Below are positions 58,281 through 64,000 of a stretch of 64,000 nucleotides of DNA, in pieces (the stretch's first letter is position 1; each line of letters begins with the position of its first letter). Source of the stretch: Longimicrobiales bacterium (GTDB lineage Bacteria > Gemmatimonadota > Gemmatimonadetes > Longimicrobiales > Gaopeijiaceae); the NCBI GenBank assembly GCA_965202805.1, contig OZ241869.1, forward strand, positions 288,001 through 352,000. Reading direction: 5' to 3'. Made by a program: the position numbers and the translations under genes. The notes beneath the pieces were generated by a model. The model worked only from the letters and a program-made list of their open reading frames with translations, was not told the origin of the DNA and made no database searches.

Positions 58281-59045
58281 ATGACCCCAATGGAAGAATG
58301 GGAACACCGGGAGTTGCGACTGGACGCTCCCCCGCTGGACGAACGTCGAGGCGAGGGAGTGCGGGTCGCGGTGGTGGACAGCGGCGTTCACGCGATGCAT
58401 CCCCACGTCGGTGGGGTCGCGGGTGGCGTGGCCATTGGGTCGGACGGGTCGGAAGCCGACGACTACGTCGACCGGCTCGGCCACGGGACGGCGGTGACCG
58501 CAGCCATCAGGGAGAAGGCGCCCGCAGCCGAGTTGTTCGCCGTGAAGGTATTTGGCGAGCGGCTGGCCACCAGTTGTGGCGCCCTGGTGCGCGCCGTCGA
58601 ATGGGCGGTGGAGCATGAGGCGCGGCTCGTGAACCTCAGCCTCGGCACGTCGAATCCGGCGCACGAATCCAGGCTGGCCGCAGCCGTGAACCAGGCAGCG
58701 GAGCGCGGCGCGCTCGTGGTGTCGGCTCGGCAAGGCGATGGCGTGCGCTGGCTTCCGGGATCGGTCCCGGGCGCCATCGGCGTGTTGCTGGACTGGAGCT
58801 GTCCCCGCCATGCGGTGCGGGTGGGAACCGACCACCAGGGGACCCCGGCGTTCCTCGCCTCGGGTTTCCCGCGACCGATCCCCGGCGTTTCTCCCGCGCG
58901 CAACCTGGGCGGCATCAGCTTCGCGGTAGCCAACGTGACGGGCGTGCTTGCCCGGCTGTTGGCGGCGGAGCCGGAGGCGGGCAGCGCGGGTCAGGTCTTC
59001 GAGCTGGCCCGTCGTCACGCCGTCCTGCGGCCAGCCAGCCAGTAG
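58281..59045 (+). CDS. qhpE: Subtilisin-like S8 protease (QhpC leader peptidase)
   Basis: 'VAVVDSGV', 'DRLGHGTAV', 'NLSLG', 'GISFAVANVTG'. Short S8 domain at the end of the qhp operon. Confidence 0.85.
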   Translation: MTPMEEWEHRELRLDAPPLDERRGEGVRVAVVDSGVHAMHPHVGGVAGGVAIGSDGSEADDYVDRLGHGTAVTAAIREKAPAAELFAVKVFGERLATSCGALVRAVEWAVEHEARLVNLSLGTSNPAHESRLAAAVNQAAERGALVVSARQGDGVRWLPGSVPGAIGVLLDWSCPRHAVRVGTDHQGTPAFLASGFPRPIPGVSPARNLGGISFAVANVTGVLARLLAAEPEAGSAGQVFELARRHAVLRPASQ

Positions 59046-60466
59046 AAGACCAGGCCGGCCGCGATCAGCGCCAGGCCCATCCATCCCTGGGACGGGCGGT
59101 CGAGCAGGATGTACAGCAGCGTCCACGAGGTCAGCGCCAGGTACACGATGGGCGTGACCGGATATCCCCAGGCGCGGAAGGGGCGTTCGAGTTCCGGCTC
59201 GCGCATCCGCAGCACGAAGATTCCCGCCACCGCGAGCAGGCTGTTGAGCCCCAGCGTGAATCCCGAGAACACCAGAATCGCCTCGAAGGACGCGCTGAGG
59301 ATGAAGAGGAGGGACAGCGCGGCCTGCGTCAGAATCGCGACCCTGGGGATGCCTGCCGGGGTCCTCTTCGCGAGGAAGCCAAAGGCGGGATGGTCCTCGC
59401 CGATGACGTGCAGGACCCGTGGGCCCGCCAGCACCATGGCGCTCACCGTGGAGACCAGCAGTACGGCCAGGGCGACGCCCATGATGTCGGCTCCGAGGGG
59501 GCCGAAGATGTGCATGGCGGCCACGTGGCCCACCTCGAGCCTTCCTTCCAGCTCGGACATCGGCGCGGCCCTCAGGAAGGTGTAGTTGAGGGCCAGATAG
59601 AGCACCATCACCAGCAGGGTGCCGCCCGCGAGCACGCCCGGCAGCGTGCGGCCCGGGTTCTCGAGCTCGCCGGTCAGGTAGGTGGCGGCGTTCCACCCCG
59701 TGTACGCGTACGAGACGTAGATGAGCGACACGGCGAAGGCGCCGCCGAAGACGAGCTGCGCGTCCCCCGCGGCAGGGAGGAGCGCGACGGGCTCGGGGGC
59801 CTCGACCAGGGCGAAGGCGGCGGCGCAGAAGACGGCGATCAGGATCACCTTGACCGTGGTGAAGCTGCGCTGGAAGAAGGACGAGGCGCCGTAAGTGGCC
59901 GAGTGCACCCACGCCGCCGCGGCCACCAGGCCCGCCGCCAGCCAGGTGGGCGACAGGGAAGGGAAGACCGACGCCAGGTAGGCGCCGAAGGTGATCGCGG
60001 CCAGGGCCGTGGGGGCGGCGAACCCGACCGTGGCCGAGATCCACCCCGACACGAACCCCGCCGCCGGGTGGTAGATGCGTCCCAGAAAGGTGTACTCCCC
60101 GCCCGAACGCCGCAGCGCCGCGCCCAGCTCCGCGTAGGTGATCGCGCCGCAGAAGGCCGCCACGCCGCCGACCACCCAGAGCATCAGGAGCGGGAAGGTG
60201 GAGCGGATGGTCTCCAGCTGGAAGCCCAGGCTGGTGAACACGCCGGTGCCGATCATGTTGGCCACCACGACCGCGGCCGCCGCGTGGAAGCCGTATCCGC
60301 GCACGGATGTCGCCCGGCTGTCCGCGGGCTCCCGAGGCGCAGCGCCGCGACCGCCCGGCACACTGTCGTCGCGCCCGGCGCCGCCGGGCCCGGATGCCGT
60401 CTCGCCTGCGGAAGTGGCGTGCATGGAGGGCCTGGGCGTGGATTCGTTCTCGATGCGACCATCCAT
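59015..60466 (-). CDS. APC family amino acid/amine permease
   Basis: 'ANMIGTGVF', 'YAELG...RSGGEY', 'YTGWN', 'RPFRAWGYP'. Confidence 0.9.
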   Translation of the reverse strand: MDGRIENESTPRPSMHATSAGETASGPGGAGRDDSVPGGRGAAPREPADSRATSVRGYGFHAAAAVVVANMIGTGVFTSLGFQLETIRSTFPLLMLWVVGGVAAFCGAITYAELGAALRRSGGEYTFLGRIYHPAAGFVSGWISATVGFAAPTALAAITFGAYLASVFPSLSPTWLAAGLVAAAAWVHSATYGASSFFQRSFTTVKVILIAVFCAAAFALVEAPEPVALLPAAGDAQLVFGGAFAVSLIYVSYAYTGWNAATYLTGELENPGRTLPGVLAGGTLLVMVLYLALNYTFLRAAPMSELEGRLEVGHVAAMHIFGPLGADIMGVALAVLLVSTVSAMVLAGPRVLHVIGEDHPAFGFLAKRTPAGIPRVAILTQAALSLLFILSASFEAILVFSGFTLGLNSLLAVAGIFVLRMREPELERPFRAWGYPVTPIVYLALTSWTLLYILLDRPSQGWMGLALIAAGLVFYWLAGRRTA

Positions 60467-60636
60467 AATACGCCTTTGGGTTGGACCGGCGACCCGCTCG
60501 GCAGTAGAATCGGCCTGTCGAGGATCGGCTTCGCCGAAGACAGCGGGGAGGAGTCGACAACGGGCACACCATCCAGGTCAACATGGCCGGTTCTGATGAA
60601 GTAGCGCGTGCACCAGGGGCCGTGTAGCGTGCCTGC

Positions 60637-61281
60637 TTGAGCGTCGCGTCGGTGTCGCACCGCGTGCCCGGCCGCATCCCCGTGGTCGGCGTCATGGGCT
60701 CCGGCTCCGCCCGGCACGCCGATCTCGCAGGGCCCCTGGGTCGTGCCTTGGCCGGGATGGGCGTGCACCTGCTGACGGGGGGCGGGGCCGGAGTCATGGA
60801 GTCCGTCTCGCAGGCCTTCATCACGGTGCCGGGTCGAGCGGGACTGGTCATCGGGATCCTCCCGGCCGGGGATGCACGCCCCGACGGAGTCGATGCAGAT
60901 CCGAGTCGGGGTGACTCATGCATGAGTCGGATTGAGGCGCATCCGGGTCACATCGATGCCGACCCTGGAACGCCCCCCGGCTATCCCAACCCCTGGGTTG
61001 AACTCGCCATCCGCACCCATCTCGACGCCCGGGGCGACGACGGCTCCGGAATCCGCTCCCGCAACCACATCAACATCCTCTCGGCGGACGTCGTCATCGC
61101 GCTCCCGGGGTCGTCGGGGACGGCCTCGGAAGTCGAGCTGGCGATCCGCTACGGCCGGCCCATCATCCTTCTGGGAGACACCGCTCGGGCGGAACGCCTG
61201 TCAGTCCCCGTGCCGTCGACGGAGAGTGTGGACGAAGCCGTGGAGTTCGTGCGCCGCACCCTGCAGTTGGTCTCCGGATGA
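60637..61281 (+). CDS. LOG/SLOG family (TIGR00725 / Moco-carrier-like) nucleotide-binding protein
   Basis: 'VGVMGSG', 'LLTGGGAGVME', 'RNHINILSAD', 'LPGSSGTASE'. Start uncertain. Confidence 0.8.
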   Translation: MSVASVSHRVPGRIPVVGVMGSGSARHADLAGPLGRALAGMGVHLLTGGGAGVMESVSQAFITVPGRAGLVIGILPAGDARPDGVDADPSRGDSCMSRIEAHPGHIDADPGTPPGYPNPWVELAIRTHLDARGDDGSGIRSRNHINILSADVVIALPGSSGTASEVELAIRYGRPIILLGDTARAERLSVPVPSTESVDEAVEFVRRTLQLVSG

Positions 61282-61413
61282 GACGAAACCGACGCGGATC
61301 CGGCCCGCCGGAGCGCGAGAGGGCGCGCGTGCGTTCTCCCGGTGACGTGGGTGATCGACCCGCCGGGCGGTTAGCTTTGCCTGCCAACCCTTCCACCATC
61401 CAAGGAGCAGGAG

Positions 61414-61827
61414 ATGCGTAATCCATTTCGCGGCGTGCTCGCCCTGCTGGCGCTGACCAGCGTCGCATGTGCGGGCGATGAAACCGGAGTGATCACTACC
61501 GCCAGCGGTCTTCAGTACGAGGTGCTGCGACAGGGTGACGGCCCGGCGCCGACCATGGACGACCAGGTCGTCGTCCACTATCGCGGCACCCTCACCGACG
61601 GGACCCAGTTCGATGCCTCCTATGACAGGGGCGAGCCCAACACCTTCCAGGTGAACGGCCTGATCGAGGGGTTCAGCGAAGCGCTCCAGCTCATGTCGGT
61701 CGGCAGCCACATCCGCGTCACGATCCCATCGGAGCTGGCGTACGGCGAGGCCGGCAGGGGCGCGCTGATCGGCCCCGACGAGACCCTGATCTTCGAGATC
61801 GAGCTGCTGGAAATCGTGGGGAGATAG
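61414..61827 (+). CDS. FKBP-type peptidyl-prolyl isomerase (lipoprotein)
   Basis: 'TTASGLQYEV', 'VHYRGTL.DG..FDASY.RG', 'IPSELAYG', 'LIFEIEL'. Confidence 0.93.
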   Translation: MRNPFRGVLALLALTSVACAGDETGVITTASGLQYEVLRQGDGPAPTMDDQVVVHYRGTLTDGTQFDASYDRGEPNTFQVNGLIEGFSEALQLMSVGSHIRVTIPSELAYGEAGRGALIGPDETLIFEIELLEIVGR

Positions 61828-61834
61828 CTCGGCC

Positions 61835-62326
61835 CTACAGATTCCCCGTCACCAGCCTCACCACGAACGCGACCATGAGCATGATCGTGGGGATGACGAA
61901 GGCGACACCCACCCCCAAGGTCAGCCCCGCGCGGAAGAGCGCCGGCCCGACCGGGCGCAGGCTGCCTCCCCAGACCTTGTGCAGGACACCCTCGACCATC
62001 CATCCGAGCGTGTAGCAGAGATTCGCCATGACCGCGAAGGGCAGGATCGCCGGGAGCGCCTGCACCACCTGCGAGAGCGGGTTCAGGGTGAGCAGCGCCA
62101 TGAAGATGGTGCCCATCCCGCATCCCGCGAGTACCGCGTTGTAGGCCAGGCGCCGCTTTTCCCACCACTTGACGATCCCGCCGACCGTGCGCTTGGCCGG
62201 GGCGGGATAGAGGAAGCGGACGAGCGCCGACTCCGCCGGGGCATCGCCCGCCACATGGTCCTCCAGGCTCAATGGATCGGGTGGGGTCACGGGGCTCCTC
62301 GGTGGACGGTGGTACCCGTTGGACAC
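61835..62326 (-). CDS. Hypothetical membrane protein
   Basis: Three hydrophobic segments, 'WWEKRRLAYN', 'ANLCYTLGW'. Confidence 0.7.
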   Translation of the reverse strand: MSNGYHRPPRSPVTPPDPLSLEDHVAGDAPAESALVRFLYPAPAKRTVGGIVKWWEKRRLAYNAVLAGCGMGTIFMALLTLNPLSQVVQALPAILPFAVMANLCYTLGWMVEGVLHKVWGGSLRPVGPALFRAGLTLGVGVAFVIPTIMLMVAFVVRLVTGNL

Positions 62327-62360
62327 TCGCGCATATCCCCGGGTTGCCTCGGAGCCCGCC

Positions 62361-64000
62361 TCAGAAGCGTGAGGTCACGGTGACCCGGAAGCTCCGGGTC
62401 GCTCCCGGATTGCGCTCCTGCACGTCTACGTACTCCGCCTGCAGAAGGTTCTCCACCTTCGCCCGCACGTCCATGTCCATGACTTCGAGTGCGAGCCGCA
62501 GATCCAGCAGCGTGATCGCACCCCGCTCGTCCAGAGGATAGGCGAGAACGGTCTCCGCCTCGCTCCGGTGACGCACGTCCAGAGCCACCAGATCGGCCCA
62601 GCCGGAGAGGGTCGTGGTGATGTTGTGGCGTGACCGGTACGCGAGCGGCCGGCCGGTGTCGAGGTCCTGCGAGTCGATGAAGAGGTAGTTCGCGTGCAGG
62701 TTGAGCTTGCGGGGCACGACGCCGACGCGCATGCCGGCGTCGAGTCCGCGCACCCGGGCCTCGGCCACGTTGCGGAACTGGAAGGTGAGCGGCTGGTTCG
62801 GGGCGCCCGTCACCTCGATCAGGCCGGAGTACTCGCTCCAGAAGAGTCCCGCGTCGAACCAGAGCCGTTCGTTCGGGACCACGGTGGTGCCCACTTCCCC
62901 GGCCCACGCCGATTCGCCCCGCAACTCGAGATTGGGCACGACGCGAAAGCCGAAGGTGGTGGTCCTGGTGAACTGCTCGGAGACGCTGGGCGACCGGTAT
63001 CCCCGGCTCAGGGATGTCCTCAGGCTCATGTCCGGAGTGGCTTCGAAGACGATCCCGACCTTGGGATTCAGCGTCAGATCGCCTTCCACCACCGAGGCCT
63101 TGTGCGAGTCCAGCCGGACGCCTGCCGAGCCGCGCAGCCGATCCGAGAAACCGATTTCGTCCTGAACGAACAGCGCCAGATCGGTGACGTCCGGCGTCGG
63201 ACTGAGGAAGTTGGACGTCACATCGGTGCGCGAGGCTTCTCCTCCCACCGTAAGCGCGTGCCGCCCCACGGAGAAGAACGAGAGCTGCAGGTCGGTGCCG
63301 TAGCGGGTGGAACGGTGGAAGTCCTCGTTGTCGTGGAAGTAGTTCTGGTTGCGGACGTGCTGCACCTGGGGCCTCAGCTGCAGCTTGAGCGTCGAGGTCA
63401 CGACCGGAGTGGCCGTCATCCCGAAGACGAGATCGGAATTGCGCTTCCAGTCGCCCAGATCCGCGGGATCCACCTCGAGACGGCGCTCGGGCGAGAGCCA
63501 GGTGAAGAACTCCTCCAGATCCTCGCGCTTCCCGCTGGCGAACACCTCCAGGGGCTTCGACGACTCGGCCCCGAAGACGGCCTTGGCCCGCCACTGCCAG
63601 CGCTCCTGGCCTCCGTTCTGGCGAAAACCGTCGGATCCCTCGCGTCCGGCGAACACCGTGACGCCCGCGCCGCCGATCTGCCGCGAATGCTGGATCTGGA
63701 GGCCGCGCATGCTCAGGCGCTCGTCGGTGAAGTCCAGGTTGCCCGGTGTGTCGAACACGCCGTAGTAGCCGCGCACGGCGGTGCGCGGGGGCCCCAGGGG
63801 CGGGCGGGTGATCACGTTGACCACGCCGGCCATGGCGTTCGTGCCCCACAGGGTGGAGTTGGGGCCCTTCACGATCTCGACGCGGTCGACGTCCAGGAGC
63901 GGCAGGATGCTGTAGTCGATCCCCGATTCCACGCCCGTAAGCGCCCGGTGGCCGTCCAGCAACATGAGGACCCGGCTGCCGACGCCGCGGGCGATGCCGC
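62361..64000 (-). CDS. TonB-dependent receptor (5' end outside window)
   Basis: Plug motif 'DVDRVEIVKGPNSTLWGTNAMAGVVNVIT', barrel strands, C-terminal Phe. Confidence 0.9.
   Translation of the reverse strand, partial: GIARGVGSRVLMLLDGHRALTGVESGIDYSILPLLDVDRVEIVKGPNSTLWGTNAMAGVVNVITRPPLGPPRTAVRGYYGVFDTPGNLDFTDERLSMRGLQIQHSRQIGGAGVTVFAGREGSDGFRQNGGQERWQWRAKAVFGAESSKPLEVFASGKREDLEEFFTWLSPERRLEVDPADLGDWKRNSDLVFGMTATPVVTSTLKLQLRPQVQHVRNQNYFHDNEDFHRSTRYGTDLQLSFFSVGRHALTVGGEASRTDVTSNFLSPTPDVTDLALFVQDEIGFSDRLRGSAGVRLDSHKASVVEGDLTLNPKVGIVFEATPDMSLRTSLSRGYRSPSVSEQFTRTTTFGFRVVPNLELRGESAWAGEVGTTVVPNERLWFDAGLFWSEYSGLIEVTGAPNQPLTFQFRNVAEARVRGLDAGMRVGVVPRKLNLHANYLFIDSQDLDTGRPLAYRSRHNITTTLSGWADLVALDVRHRSEAETVLAYPLDERGAITLLDLRLALEVMDMDVRAKVENLLQAEYVDVQERNPGATRSFRVTVTSRF

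Overview
A 64-kb window of very GC-rich bacterial chromosome. It carries many secreted peptidases and beta-propellers, TonB receptors and DUF4143 ATPases; this content suggests a Gemmatimonadota-like organism, which is an inference only. I recognised no rRNA, tRNA, CRISPR array, intact transposase or phage gene. There are five main blocks. (1) A complete but divergent quinohemoprotein amine dehydrogenase (QHNDH, CTQ cofactor) locus, qhpA-D-C-B-F-E, at 51.4-59.0 kb. A QhpG-like flavoprotein lies ~2 kb upstream, directly behind an Ig-like/LVIVD secreted protein. QhpC keeps all canonical cross-link and CTQ residues but has a long leader and an extra Cys positioned like a possible fourth thioether. 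(2) An ergothioneine locus: type I egtB-egtD divergent from a betaine-type ABC importer, with egtC ~10 kb downstream. (3) A compositionally distinct islet at 9.1-12.2 kb with an AraC-like HTH gene, its decayed duplicate, a small secreted 2-Cys protein coupled to a propeller lipoprotein, and a second propeller remnant. (4) An arsI-sigZ pair. (5) Housekeeping genes trxC, argG, argH, aroF, fbaB, rpiA and rpe. Other oddities are an apparently plug-less TonB-receptor barrel, two Qhp maturation genes without a good canonical start codon, and several short tandem or inverted repeats. All calls come from reading motifs by eye; no database searches were run.
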